Shown here: piece by piece, positions 12,240 to 24,734 of the stretch | Position numbering within the stretch: the first letter of the stretch is position 1 | Layout of the letters: every line of letters begins with the position of its first letter | Assembly: GCF_963921235.1 (NCBI RefSeq) | Contig: NC_086108.1 | Span: 42,162,001-42,226,000 of the forward strand | DNA: 64,000 nucleotides | Source: Mobula hypostoma | Taxonomy: Eukaryota | Direction of reading: 5' to 3' | The notes under the pieces: generated by a model | The model's database searches: none | What the model was told of the DNA's origin: nothing | The model's input: the letters and a program-made list of their open reading frames with translations, nothing else | Translations under genes and position numbers: made by a program

Positions 12240-12945
12240 AGAACATCGAGGAGTTCTTCATCCTCAAAGGTGTTCAGAAAGCAAAGCAGAGTCACAGGGA
12301 GCTGAGCCAAATATAGACAGGTTTGCAGCAGCCTCTCCTTCTGAAGGCAAAGGGATGGATTGAGAGAAGACCACTAGCGGTGAAGAGCCAGCAAGCTGCA
12401 TTCTCTGCTTCTAAATCCTCCAAGGTCATCTTCAGATACAGAGTCTGATTTGTGGAGCAGGATGAGATGTGTTCATGCTTCTTCTAAAATGTTCACAGGG
12501 GACCTTTTAGGGCTAAAACCACAGCCCCAAGGAGAAAGATTGCTCAGTAACATACTTGCAGGCAGATATACTGAGGATCTGCAGATCTTTCTATGGTGCT
12601 CTGTATGACACTAAAGACTGCAAACGTCACAGCTTCCCATAACTTCCTTTCCTCTATCATGGAGGTGTTAGATGATAGCAAGTGAGAGAGTCGGGATTAG
12701 CCACTGACCCTGGAGGAGCTGACTGGCTCCATCTGGTCCTTTGGCATGAATAAAAATCCAGGAAGCAATAGCTTACTGGCAGAGTTATATTCGGCTTTAT
12801 GAGACTGGATGAGCCTGAACCTTCTGGAAGTGTATAGCACTATGCTTCTGGCTGGCAGAAAGTCAGACTCAATGAGCTAGGGCCTCATTGCCCTCACCAA
12901 CAAGATGAAGCGGGAGAGAGAGGGCATTAGGAAATGGAGACGCAT
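12240..12945 (+). mobile_element. Old Tx1/L1-type ORF2 remnant
   Basis: Translates in pieces to SKVIFR.RV.FVEQDEMCSCFF and LEELTGSI...KNPGSNSLLAELYSA (cf KTPGxDGLPAEFY). Confidence 0.6.
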
Positions 12946-13847
12946 TTCAACTCCCTTTCCCATTGCTACACTGATTTGTCCAGTCTTGGCTTTTCTCCTA
13001 CCAGGGTGAAGTCTGACTCAAACTGGAGGAGTAATGCCTTATATTCTGCCTGGATATATTGAATTTCCAATTTTAGATAAATTCCCCGTACCCCACCCCT
13101 TCCCCCCTTCTTCTGATCCTTCCAATTTTGTCCCCCTTCCTACCCGCCCCAGACCCCTTTACCCATCTTCCTCTCCTGTCCCTCTGACTCTATCCACCCA
13201 CTTCACACACAGGATTCCCCACCCCCTCACCTCCCATTCTTCTCCAACAGCCGTTCACCCCTCCCTTCTCCTCAAATGGATCCCATCCTCAACTCCTCAT
13301 TTCCATTCTCAGCTCTGGTGATGCTTTGTGTTCCTGCTTGTCTCCCATCTTCACAACGACACCCCCCCCCACCCCACCTCAATCCCTCTGCTTTTTCCTT
13401 TTTCCTCTCTCTCTTTGTCTGCTCCATCTAGCATTCATCTGCCACAGGCTTCCAAACCCCACTCACTTCCTCACCTCCACACCCAGCTCTAACTGTCTGT
13501 CATCTTCCTTAGTCCCTTCTTGCCACTCCCTTTCACTCTAAACTGGCCATCTCACCTCTCCACTCTCTGTCCTGATGCAGGGTTTCAACCCAAAACATTG
13601 CCAGTTTCTTTCCCGTTCGACTTGCTGAGTTCCTCCAGCAGATCTGTTGTTGCCCTCTTCATGAAGTCTGCCTTTGTGTGTGGCTGTGTGGATCCAAAGT
13701 ACGTGGGTACCAAGATCCAGTATGTGCTGAGGCTCTACCTGTCTCTGGAGTTGTGGAGGATAGTTCTAGCTCCATTGCTGCACAACGTCCCAGTCAGCTG
13801 GATGTTGCTACGCTACATGTTATTTTTGGAAGAGTACTTCCAAATAA

Positions 13848-13938
13848 CACACAGAAAATACTGGAGGAACTCAGCAGGCCAGTCAGCATCTATGGAAAAG
13901 AGTCCATTTGATGTTTTGGGCTGAGACCCTTCAGCAGA
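13848..13938 (-). mobile_element. Short Penelope-derived insert
   Basis: Exact 12-bp TSD acttccaaataa at 13836-13847 and 13939-13950. Same terminal motif family as the other inserts. Confidence 0.75.
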
Positions 13939-14124
13939 ACTTCCAAATAAACACCTTTGACCTCAGGTCCATCAGGCAGTGCTCAGCAGTGAAATCCTTT
14001 AGATACTATGGGACAGGGGCTCTGCAGATATTGCAGGTGGTTTCCTGAGCAAACTTTGCAAATCATCTGGCAAGATGCCTCAATCAAATGTGTACTATTA
14101 ATAATAAAGCCAAAGACCCGGATG

Positions 14125-15910
14125 AGAGTTGTATACAGACTCCAACCCTCCCCCCCCCACCCCCGCCAAAAGTAGTAAGGATGTGGTCTACAAATTACAG
14201 TGGGAGATAGAAAATGAATGCCAAAAGGGCAATGTTGCAATAGTCATGGGGGATTTCAATATGCAGGTAGATTGGGAAAATCAGGTTGGTACTGGATTCC
14301 AGGAGGGGGAATTTCTAGAGCATCTATGAGATGGCTTCTTAGAGCAGCTCATGGTTCACCCCACTAAGGGATCAGCTAATCTAGATTGGGTGTTGTGCAA
14401 TGTTGCAGAATTGATTAGAGAGCTTAAGGTAAAAGAACCCCTAGGGGAAAGTGATCGTAATATGATCGAATTCACCCTGAAATTTGAAAAGGAGAACCTA
14501 AGGTCAGATGAATCAGTATTACAGTGGAGTAAAGGCATAGAGAGGAGTCGGCAAGAATTGATTGGAAAAGAACACTGGCGGGGTGACAGCAGAGCAGCAG
14601 TGGATGAAATTTCTGGAAGCAGTTTGGAAGGCCCAGAATATATACATCCCGAAGAGAATGACGCGTCCTAAAAGCAAGATGACACCGTGGCTAACAAGAG
14701 AAGTTAAAGCCAACATAAAAGCCAAAAGGAGGACATACAACAGAGCAAAAATTTGTGGGAAGTTAGAGGATTGGGAAGCTTTTAAATATCTAAAAGCCCA
14801 TGGTATTGCAGGAAAGATTCTAGTATGGATAAAGCAGTAGCTGATTGGTAGGAGGGCAAAGAGTGGGAATAAAGTGAGTCTTTTTTGGTTGATGCTGGTG
14901 ACTAGTGGTATTCTACAAGGGTCTGTGCTGGGACCGATTCTTTTACGTTATATGCCAGTGATCTGGATGATGGAATTGATGGCTTTGTTGCAAAGTTTGC
15001 AGATGATAAGAAGATAGATGAGGGGCAGGTAGTTTTGAGGAAGTAACGAGGCTACAGAAGAACTTAGACAGACTAGGAGAATGGGCAAAGAAATGGCAGA
15101 TGGAATACAGGGAGTGTATGGTCATGCACTTTGATAGAAGAAATGAAAGCTTTTGATACTTCCTAAGTGGAGAGAAAATACAAAACTGAGGCACAAAGGG
15201 ACTTGGGAGTTCTTGTGCAGGATTCCCTAAGGATAACTTGCAGGTTGAGCCTGTGGTGAGGAAGGCAATAACAATGTTAGCATTACTTTCGAAAGAACTA
15301 GAATATAAAAGCAAAGATGTAATGTTGAGACTTTATAAAGCACCAGTGAGGCCTCACTTGGAGTATTGTGGGCAGTTTTTGGCCCCTTATCTTGGAAAAG
15401 ATATGCTGAAACTGGACAGGGTTCAAGGGTGGTTCAGGAAAATGATTCCAGGATTGGATGGCTTGTCATTTGAAGAGCTTTTGATGGCTCTGGGCTGGTA
15501 TTTACTAGTGTGTGGAAGAATGAGGGGTGATCTCATTGAAACCTATCGAATGGTGAAAGGCCTTGATAGAATGGATGTGGAGAGGATGTTTCCTATGGTT
15601 GGAGAATCACCTATGGTGGACACAGCCTCAGAATAGAGGGGCGTCCATTTAGAACGGAGATGAGGAGGAATTTCTTTAGCCAGAGAGTGATGAATATGTG
15701 AAATTCATTGCCACAGACAGCTGTGGAGGTCAAGTCTTTGTGTATATTTAAGGCAGAAGTTGATCAATTCTTGATTGGTCAGGGCATGAAGGGATACAGG
15801 GAGAATGCAGGAGATTGGGGCTAAGAGGAAAATTGGATCGGCCATGATACAACGGCTGAGTGGACTCGATGGGCCAAATGGCCTAATTCTGCTCCTATAT
15901 CTTATGCTCT
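14125..15910 (+). mobile_element. Decayed, internally deleted CR1 LINE
   Basis: ORF fragments IVMGDFNMQVDW, LDWVLCN and RPHLEYC...MRGDLIETY. 3' tail ggcctaattctgctcctatatcttatg. Confidence 0.9.
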
Positions 15911-16503
15911 TACATTCTTAACTGTTTTCCTACATCACAAATTGCTAATATGTGGTTGGTATACTGATTTATATACCGATTTACCAGTGGCATCAAGGCA
16001 AGAACCTTTTAGCAACTGTTTTCTCTCTCCCTTCTCCCATTGGGCAGAAGATTCAAAAGCCTGAAAGCACATACCACCAGACTCAAGGTCAGCTTCTACC
16101 CTATTGTTATATAACTATTAAGTAGCTCCCTAGTACAATAAGATGGTCTCATGACCTCACAACCTACCTCATTATGATCTTGCACCTCGTTGTCTACCTG
16201 AACTGCAATTTCTCTGTAGCTGTTATACCTTATTCTGCATTCTGTTATTGTTTTACCTCGTACCACCTCAGTGCACTGTGTAATGATTTGACCTGTATAA
16301 ACAATATGCAAGGCAAGCTTTTCACTGTACCTTGGTACATGTGAGAATAATAAACCAGTTGCAATTCCAATTCCAGTTTTGTTTGCTCTGAGGTCCTGCA
16401 TTTGAACAGCTTTCACTGCATGGCATTATTTTATGTATGATTTATATATAATTTATATTCTGTGTATTGTCTGTACCTATATGCCCATGATACTGCTGCA
16501 AGC

Positions 16504-19500
16504 TGAGGAGCTATACAAACAAAGAACTGAACTTCAAATGGAACACAGTTTACTACTCTCGTCCTCGATTGTAAACCAATTAAAGAAAACAAGAAGTGAT
16601 TTTTATGTTCACAGTGATAAAATTGGCAAGCTGCTGGCTAATCAATTGAAATCTAATTATGTTAAATCTCAAATCAATCAGATTTATAACCAAAATGATC
16701 GATTGATATTGGATCATGTGGGGATTAAACAAACCTTTTGTGATTTTTATTCTTCTTTATATCAATCAGAGTCTCCTCGAGATTCTAAATATATGAATGA
16801 TTTTTTAGATAAGTTAGACTTCCCTCAGATTTCACAGGATATGTCTTCTTTATTAGATATTTCCATTACAATGGATGAGATTAAGAATGTTATTTTTTCT
16901 ATGAATCTGGGGAAAGCTCCTGGCCCTGACGGGTTTACCGTTGAATTTTATAAATGTTTTGCTTCTTTATTGATTCCTTGGCTCTATAAGGTTTTTGAGG
17001 CTTCTTTGAAACTTGGTAAACTTCCGGAATCTTTTAATAGAGCATCAATTTCTTTAATACTAAAGAAGGATAAAGACCCTGCTCAATGTGCATCTTATAG
17101 ACCAATATCTTTATTAAATGTTGATTCTAAAGTTTTTTCTAAGTTATTAGCAAATAGACTAGAAAAAGTACTTCCTTCTATTATTTCGGAAGACCAAACG
17201 GGTTTTATTAAAGGTCGTTACTCTTTTTATAATATTCGTACATTGTTAAATATCGTTTATACTCCCTCACAAAATGTTCCTGAGTGTGTTATTTCTTTAG
17301 ATGCCGAGAAAGCTTTTGATAGAGTAGAATGGCCTTATTTATTTAAGGTGCTTGAAATGTTTAATTTTAGCTTGAAATTTATATCCTGGATTAAACTGTT
17401 ATATCACTCCCCTGTAGCCTCAGTTTGTACTAACTCTTTAAACTCACCTTTTTTTCCTCTCTTTCGTGGTACTCGACAAGGCTGTCCTCTTAGTCCCCTA
17501 TTATTTGATATTGCATTAGAACCTCTTGCAATTGCTATTCGAGAATCTTCAAATATTACTGGGATAACTCGGGGATTAAAGTCCCATAAATTATCACTCT
17601 ATGCTGATGATTTACTTTTATATATTTCTAATCCTGAGAGATCCATTCCTGCTGTTTTAGAGTTATTAGCACAATTTGGTCTTTTCTCAGGTTATAAATT
17701 AAATCTTAGTAAGAGTGAACTTTTTCCGATTAATAAACATCTTCCCTTATATTATAAATTTCCATTTAAATTGATTAATAATTACTTTTCATATCTTGGG
17801 ATTAAAATTACTTGTAAACATAAAGATTTATTTAAGACTAACTTTTTACCATTAATAGACCATATTACTCAACTTTCATCTAAATGGTTTCCCTTATATT
17901 TAACTTTGATTGGTCGTATTAATGCAGTTAAGATGTTTTTTTTTGCCAAAATTTTTATATGTGTTTCAGGCATTACCAATTTTCGTTCCTAAATCTTTTT
18001 TTGATAAAGTTGACTCTAAAATTTCTTCATTTATTTGGCAGAATAAGAATCCGAGACTGGGTAAAATACATTTACAGAAAGCTAAGAGAGATGGAGGTTT
18101 AGCATTACCTAACTTTAGATTTTATTATTGGGCTATTAATATTCGACATATGAAATTTTGGTTACTTGACCGGGACATACTATCTATTCCTAAATGGGTA
18201 CCATTGGAATTACAATCTGTTCAGGGTTATACACTTGGTTCTATTTTAGGTTCCTCTCTTCCTTTTGATTCGAAACGCCTTAAGCAGGTTTCTAACCCGA
18301 TAGTTAAATATGCTTTGCGCATTTGGTTTCAATTCAGAAAATTTTTTGATCTTAATCAATTCGGGTTAGCGATTCCTATTTTAGGTAACATATTTTTTCC
18401 TCCCTCTTTTACGGATCGCGCTTTTCAAACTTGGAAGACTAAGGGTATTTTACGGTTTTTGGATTTATTTTTAGATGGTTCCCTTATGTCTTTTGAACAA
18501 TTATCTAATAAATATAACTTATCAAGAATACATTTTTTTAGATATTTACAAGTTAGAAATTTCCTAAGTACTATACTTTCTTCCTTTCCAATGCTTCCTC
18601 CTATATATATTTTAGATTCGATAATTAACCTTAATCCATGTCAGAAAGGTGCATCGGCTATGATTTATAATATTATTATGAAACTTAGGAAAGCTCCATT
18701 TGATAAGATTAGGGTAGATTGGGAACAGGAATTGGGGCTTACCATTTCTGTGGATGATTGGGGGCAGATTTTACAATTAGTTAATACTTCCTCTATTTGT
18801 GCTAAACATTCCCTAATTCAATTTAAAGTGGTTCATAGAGCACATATGTCCAAAGATAAGTTAGCGCGTTTTTACTCGCATATTAATCCTTTCTGTGATA
18901 GATGTTCGGGGCAGATAGCCTCTTTAACTCATATGTTTTGGTCTTGCCCTACTTTGGAAACTTTTTGGAGAGATATTTTCAATATTATTTCTAAGGTATT
19001 AAATATAGATATCTCTCCTCACCCTATTACTGCTATCTTTGGACTACCTAAAATTTCTAGTAATCTTTCCCCTTCAGCCCGTAGAATGATTGCATTTCTT
19101 ACTTTAATGGCGAAAAGATGTATTTTACAACATTGGGAAGAGCTTAATGCTCCAACTACCTTTTTTTGGTTTTCTCAGACGATTTTATGTTTGAATTTGG
19201 AGAAAATTAGAAGTAACCTTTATGATTCTTCATTTAAATTTGAACAGATTTGGGGACCTTTTATTCGATATTTTCATTTAATGTAATATTTACCCTTCTT
19301 GTTTTTTTTTCACTGTTTTAATGGAGGTCGGGATTGAGGACGTGATTTTAAGTTTAACTCTGTTTGGTTTCAAGTTAGCCCATTGCTTTGCCTTGCTTTT
19401 AGTTAGCTGCACGGTGGGTTTTTTTTGGGGGTTTTTTTTTTCTTTTTTTTCCATTGATATATATAAAATTTAGTATACTATTATGTTATCTTGGTTTCTT

Positions 19501-19644
19501 ATGCTTAAATTACATTGTTTGTAGCATTTTCTTTTTGGTATTGTTATCTTTTGGAATTTTATTATACTTTAACATTGTATTAATGTTTATATGGCTTACC
19601 TTTTTTGTATACTTACTCAATAAAAAGATTTAAAAAGAAAGAAA
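16504..19644 (+). mobile_element. Young 5'-truncated L1-clade LINE (ORF2 RT and C-terminal CCHC)
   Basis: GKAPGPDG, YRPISLLN, SLDAEKAFDRVEW, RQGCPLSP, LYADD and CDRC...HMFWSC. One frameshift in the T9 run at 17936-17944, stop at 19286, AATAAA at 19619, A-rich tail. Exact 15-bp TSD gatactgctgcaagc at 16489-16503 and 19645-19659. Confidence 0.95.
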
Positions 19645-20069
19645 GATACTGCTGCAAGCAAATTTTTCATTGTCCTGTACCTTATCATACTTGTGTACAT
19701 GACCATTGGCTTGATTAGAAAATATTAAAAACAATGACAATTAAGCTGTTGATGCCTCTCAACTTAATCTGAAGTAACATATCAGTTGCCAAAAGAAGCC
19801 TATCAGAAGACAGTTTTTGGCATGGCTCTCTTTTACTTGAAGCAGCATTTTTCAAAAGAAATGTGTTTGACCCAGCTTAAGTAATTAAAAGCTCTTGATT
19901 GAAATTAAGGGTCACAAACCTGATGAAGTTTCCCTATCCAGACCCATCCATTTTGTTAAAAACCATGAATAGGAGGATGTAGTAGCATAACTGCGTTGCA
20001 ACTTTACACATTTGAAATAATTCAAAAATCACATAGTAAATTTATGCATAAGGCATTAAAAATGCCAGC

Positions 20070-20380
20070 CTGGCCAAGCTGCATGGAGAGCATGAAGAGT
20101 AACACACAATATTCTCTGGAGTGAAGCTTGAATCTCCCTGTTTTGTTTAAAATGTTGTTTGTAATTTTCTGTGGAAACAGTGTAGTCCATCAGGAACCAC
20201 ACCTCTTCCTGGATATTGTTTGGCCTTTCTCCTGCTTGTCTGGTGCCCCAGTGACGTTGGAAAGCAGGAAAGCTGCAGAATTTTCCGGTGAACAGCACAA
20301 GCCAGAATATCATTTCCACCATCAACAATCGCATCAAGAAGGCAACCTAATTTAGATTCTGTCTAAGGACTATGAAATCC
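20070..20380 (-). pseudogene. DDX59: DDX59 remnant, DEAD domain around motif I to motif Ib
   Basis: VLRQNL (20370, cf VLNHNL), DILACA (20311-20294) + GK + SAAFLL (20279-20262) (cf DILASADTGSGKTAAFLL), RQAGE (20241, cf RQAKE), GL-LFPQ (20188, cf GLPLPPQ), KQHFK (20160, cf QQHVK), TP-RIL (20122, cf TPGRLL). Multiple frameshifts and deletions. Confidence 0.8.
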
Positions 20381-20627
20381 ATCTCTACCTTTTAGCAAAC
20401 ACTATTAACCCCTCTATTCTGTTGCATTGCTTGACTAGAGCAAAGTGAAATACTGTAACATCACAAAGAAAGGAAAGTTGATTAAAAGACTCCAATTATA
20501 ATTATATGTTTTTGGGATCTGAATAATTATCTTTAAGTTTATGTTTTCCTTATTCTATTGTATAATGAAACTTTGATTTTTGTTCAAGCAATTACATACT
20601 TCCTTTAAAGTTTTAAGGATGTAATAA

Positions 20628-20757
20628 CGTAAACATGAGGAAATCTGCAGATGTTGGAAATTCAAGCAACACACACAAAATGCTGGTGGAACGCAGCAGG
20701 CCAGACAGCATCCATAGGAAGAAGCACTTCATCAGGACTAACTGAAAGAAGAGATAG
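20628..20757 (-). mobile_element. Short Penelope-derived insert in the putative DDX59 zf-HIT region
   Basis: Exact 14-bp TSD taaggatgtaataa at 20614-20627 and 20758-20771. Confidence 0.8.
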
Positions 20758-22324
20758 TAAGGATGTAATAAATTACCTTACACCCAAGTTAACACCATAT
20801 TTATCTGCAACATCAAAGGAGGGAATTTGGTTCCCATCAAGTTCATGTCAACGCACAGAACAAAACTGTTCCCTATTATTTTTCCCCAAAACCTGTTTTT
20901 TCCACATTCATATCTACTCTCTGCAGATTCTACCACTCAAATCCATACTAGAGGCATTTTGCAGTAGGCCACTAATCCACCAAACCACCCATCTTCGGGA
21001 TGTTGTGGGTGAGGGATACTGGAATACCCAGGAGAAATCCTGCAATCACAAGGAGAACATGCAGATTCCATATTGACAGCACAAGAGAGCAGGATTGAAC
21101 CCAGGTCATCAGAGCTGTGAGATAGCAGCTCAGTTTGCTGAGGCACCTTACTGTCTATGCCACAAATAATTCATATTTAATGCTAAGATTGTTACTGTTT
21201 TTAATTCAGATCATCTGCCACCAAAGCCTTTGCTCATAAAATATCACCGGCAGTCCCGGCCACTTCATTGCCCTTCATCCACAGTCTCACCCTCCAGCTT
21301 CTATAGTTCCAGCTTCTCAAAGGTTCTGTTTATTGAACTCATCCTAGCCTTGTTCTGTTTACTTTCATCCTGTCTTCATTCTACCCTGTGTATACAGTAA
21401 ATGAAGTCAGTCAAAACTGTGCAGCTATTTGTTACATTACATCATTCTATTCATCCAATTTCTCTTTGTTTGCTAACCAACATTGGCTCCTGCCTAAATA
21501 TTCCATTATAAATTTCTGACCATTATTTTCAATTACCCCCATAGTCTAGCCCTTCCCTATCTCTATAATCTTCTCCAGCCATGTAACTTTCCAGATTTCA
21601 TGTAACTTTCCAATACAGTATCTTGCATAACTTTCCAATACAGTATCTTGCACACCTTCAAATTTAATCCCTTCATTGCTTGTGGCATGTCTTCAGTTGT
21701 TTGTGCTCTAAATTCCCTCCCAAAATCACTCCACCTAAATTAGTCATCTTTGTTTTGTTGAACCTGTGAAGAACCGTGAAGCTTTTGTCAGTCATTATTA
21801 TTAATGTTCTCTGTTATTGTCTCAGAATTGTTGACAATTATATTATGTTTTTGTGTAATTGTGTTTTCTTCATAATTATTCTAACAATTTCTGTCACAAA
21901 CAGAATTCTCACAGCATTAAATATCATTTCCCCAACCCCAACATCCATCATCTCTCCCACCGAAACTTAACATGTCCTTTGTTAAGGAAGAGATCCTTAA
22001 CCCCTTATTTTTTACACAACATTACAGCAAAGTTGTAATTAAACTGAAGGATTATGAGGACCAAAACCAGAGTAAATGGGAAGATTCTGTTTCCCATGGC
22101 AAAGGGTATCAAAGCAGGAAATACTGGTTTAAGTCAATAGTAGGAACATTAAAAAGAAAATGATGAAAGAATGTTACACCAAGGATAAAGAAGGGATTTA
22201 GAATCCAAGAAGAAACCTTCATCTCATTAAAAACCATATTTGGGCATGTGTTGGGAGATGATCCCAATGATACTCAGGTTTACAGTGTTAGTGCTGCCAC
22301 AATTCCTCATTGAAGGATATGCAG

Positions 22325-22960
22325 TGGAAAGTTGAGCAATTTCAGGTCCCTTGGTGCCCAGCACAAAGATACAACCATGACGAAGGCATGTCAGCATCCA
22401 TACTTTCTTGGAAGTTTAAGGAGATCTGGCATGTCATTAAAGACTCTGGCAAACTTCTATAGATGTATAGTGGAAAGTATTGTGACTGGTTGCATCACAG
22501 CCTGGTATGGAAACACCAACACAGGAGTGGCAAAGAGTACATAGCATGGTGTACTCAGTGAAAGGTTAAGGATCAACTGGTTGTACTCAGTCACAGGTAC
22601 AAATTTCCTTATCACAGAGGACATCTACAACAGGCAATATCTCAAGAAGGCAACAATCATCATTAAAGACCCCCACAATTCAAGCCATGTCCTCTTATTG
22701 CTGCAATTAGGCAGGAGGTACAGGAGCTTGGAGACCACATCTCAAGGCTCAATAAAACCTTCTTTCCCACTACCATCAGGTTCTTGAATGGACCTGAAAA
22801 CCCCACAATTTAATTATTTCCACAAAAATGTTTTTTGTTTATCGTGTCATTAAATAATTTATGTAATTTATGTTTGTCATTTTAGTAATGTAGTGTGCCG
22901 CTGCTACAAAAGTTAATTTTCATAGAATGTATACCCATGACAATAAACTCAAACTTGAAC
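22325..22960 (+). mobile_element. Rex/L2-like LINE 3' fragment
   Basis: YFLGSLRRSGMSLKTLANFYRCIVESIVTGCITAWYGN, a typical LINE ORF2 C-terminus. Tail acaataaactcaaacttgaact. Confidence 0.75.
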
Positions 22961-23016
22961 TTAAATATTTTGTAAACTGTAATGGCAGAATTCAGAGCAA
23001 CAAGTTCCATTATTTC

Positions 23017-23045
23017 TTTTTTGATCTTTAGGGCACTTATGACAT
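23017..23045 (-). pseudogene. DDX59: DDX59 remnant, start codon and N-terminal motif
   Basis: accATG TC ATA AGT GCC CTA AAG ATC AAA AAA reads M-(frameshift)-ISALKIKK, versus human MFVPRSLKIKR. Confidence 0.65.
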
Positions 23046-24517
23046 GGTGTCCAAAATGTGAATGTGAATCTGGTGTTAAGACATCCCCTGTAATTTCATT
23101 TATTGGGAATAATGTTGCAGCAACCAATTTGTTTCCATATCTTTTTGTTTCATGAGATAATATTTGACAGATGACAAGCAATGATTATTTTATAGCAAAC
23201 ATTTTCATTAGCAGCAACTTTGGGAAGGAGAGAGTTTGTACTGTAAACTATCTTTACATTTAATGATGAAAGATGTGATTAAACACATGTGTAAACAAAT
23301 GTTTTTTTTGTTTTACTATTATCTTCCTTAACCAAAATTGACAAAACAAACAAAAAGAATACTTCACCAAAAAATTAGTAATATTCTGTCACCAATTTTG
23401 GCATTGGATAGATTATCATTATTCTCCATGTAAGCTGCAATTTCTAAATCCTTGAATCATACTTAGTATGATTTTTTAAAATTCTAGTGCATTAAAGTTT
23501 GTGTATGCTGACACTTTTCCGTGGTTCTGAGTGACTGTTGCACTAACAGTACTGAAGTCCTTCAGTGAGAAGGCCCAGAGGACCTAAACGTCTACCACTT
23601 TAAAGAAGAGTGAGATGTATTGTAATAAACTGTAAGACGACACAGAATGGGTGGAAAAGTGGTATTAGTGGTTTGATACAAAGGAGTGTGAAATTTCCTG
23701 GAAAGAACAAGGAAACAAAGTATTACTTCAAAGTCTAAAGAGTGTGCATAATACCTCAGTTTTTAAACTGAGAAGCGTATGTCGCAAGTCCGTTTAGTAA
23801 GGCATGTGGGATCCTGCATTTCATAATTTTAAAAAAAGATTCACAGAATACAAAATCAGGAGGTTCAGTAACAAACTGTTTAGGCAATAACTACAGTGTT
23901 CCATTGTATATCAGTCAATTTACTTTATAAAGATCTGAAGATCCCAGAGAAAATGAGGAAGAGGTTTATCAGTATGTTTTCAGGAATGAGGGATTTCAGC
24001 TGCAAGACTGCACTGCGGAAGCTGAAGCACATGTCATTGGGGAAAAGAAACTTGATAGGTAATTGACACATAAGGTCATGGAAGATTTATGATGGGCAGG
24101 GGTTCCCAGCCTTTTCTATGCCACGGACTAATATCACTGAGCAGGGGGACTGTGGAGCCCAGGGTGGGAACGTCTGGAACAGAGAAAAACAGACCTCATT
24201 AGCAGATAGTTTCAAAAGAAATAGGGGATATTTGACAAAAGTGTATTTATGAAGTAAACCTCAGTGAAAACAAAAGCAATTGAGATTTCAAAAAGTAGTT
24301 GGGTTTCTGCTTAAAGGTAAATAATTGTAAAGACTATGTGGACAGGATGTGACAGAATAGATTAGGCTGTGTGGAGCTATCATTGGATTTAAGAGGTTGA
24401 ATTGCCCTTTTCTGTGTTATAATGATTCTGTAATATATACAAACACTCAAAGTGAATTATCTTTGAAAATTAATTTGAAGGAAATATTACTAAAGAGGAA
24501 GATAACTAAGAATAAAC

Positions 24518-24734
24518 AACGCAAACACGAGGAAATCTGCAGATGCTGGAAATTCAAGCAACACACAAAAAATGCAGGTGAACGCAGCAGGCCAGGCAGC
24601 ATCTATAGGAAGCGGTACAGTCTACGTTTCGGGCCGAGACCCTTCGTCCAGACCCGGCCGGAAACGTCGATTGTACCTCTTCCTATAGATGCTGCCCGGC
24701 CTGCTGCGTTCACCAGCATTTTTTGCGTGTGTTG
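24518..24734. mobile_element. Penelope-derived insert with inverted terminal repeat (about 80-bp hairpin)
   Basis: Arms at 24559-24636 and 24655-24734. Exact 11-bp TSD taagaataaac at 24507-24517 and 24735-24745. Confidence 0.85.

Noticed and set aside
16433..16503. N-terminus of the 519-aa ORF as a real L1 start
   Set aside because: It lies outside the element as defined by the TSD. It is flanking sequence that is open by chance.
20056..20337. 93-aa minus-strand ORF with a hydrophobic, signal-peptide-like N-terminus (possible novel secreted peptide)
   Set aside because: It overlaps the frameshifted DDX59 motif I region, and its frame passes in and out of DDX59 blocks (TGK, RQAGE, KQHFK). 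It is better explained as an accidental ORF in a pseudogene. No expression evidence is available.
21603..21652. 25-bp tandem duplication, and microsatellites at about 53115-53160 and 55225-55275, as array-like systems
   Set aside because: Simple slippage repeats without spacers in eukaryotic DNA, so not CRISPR-like.
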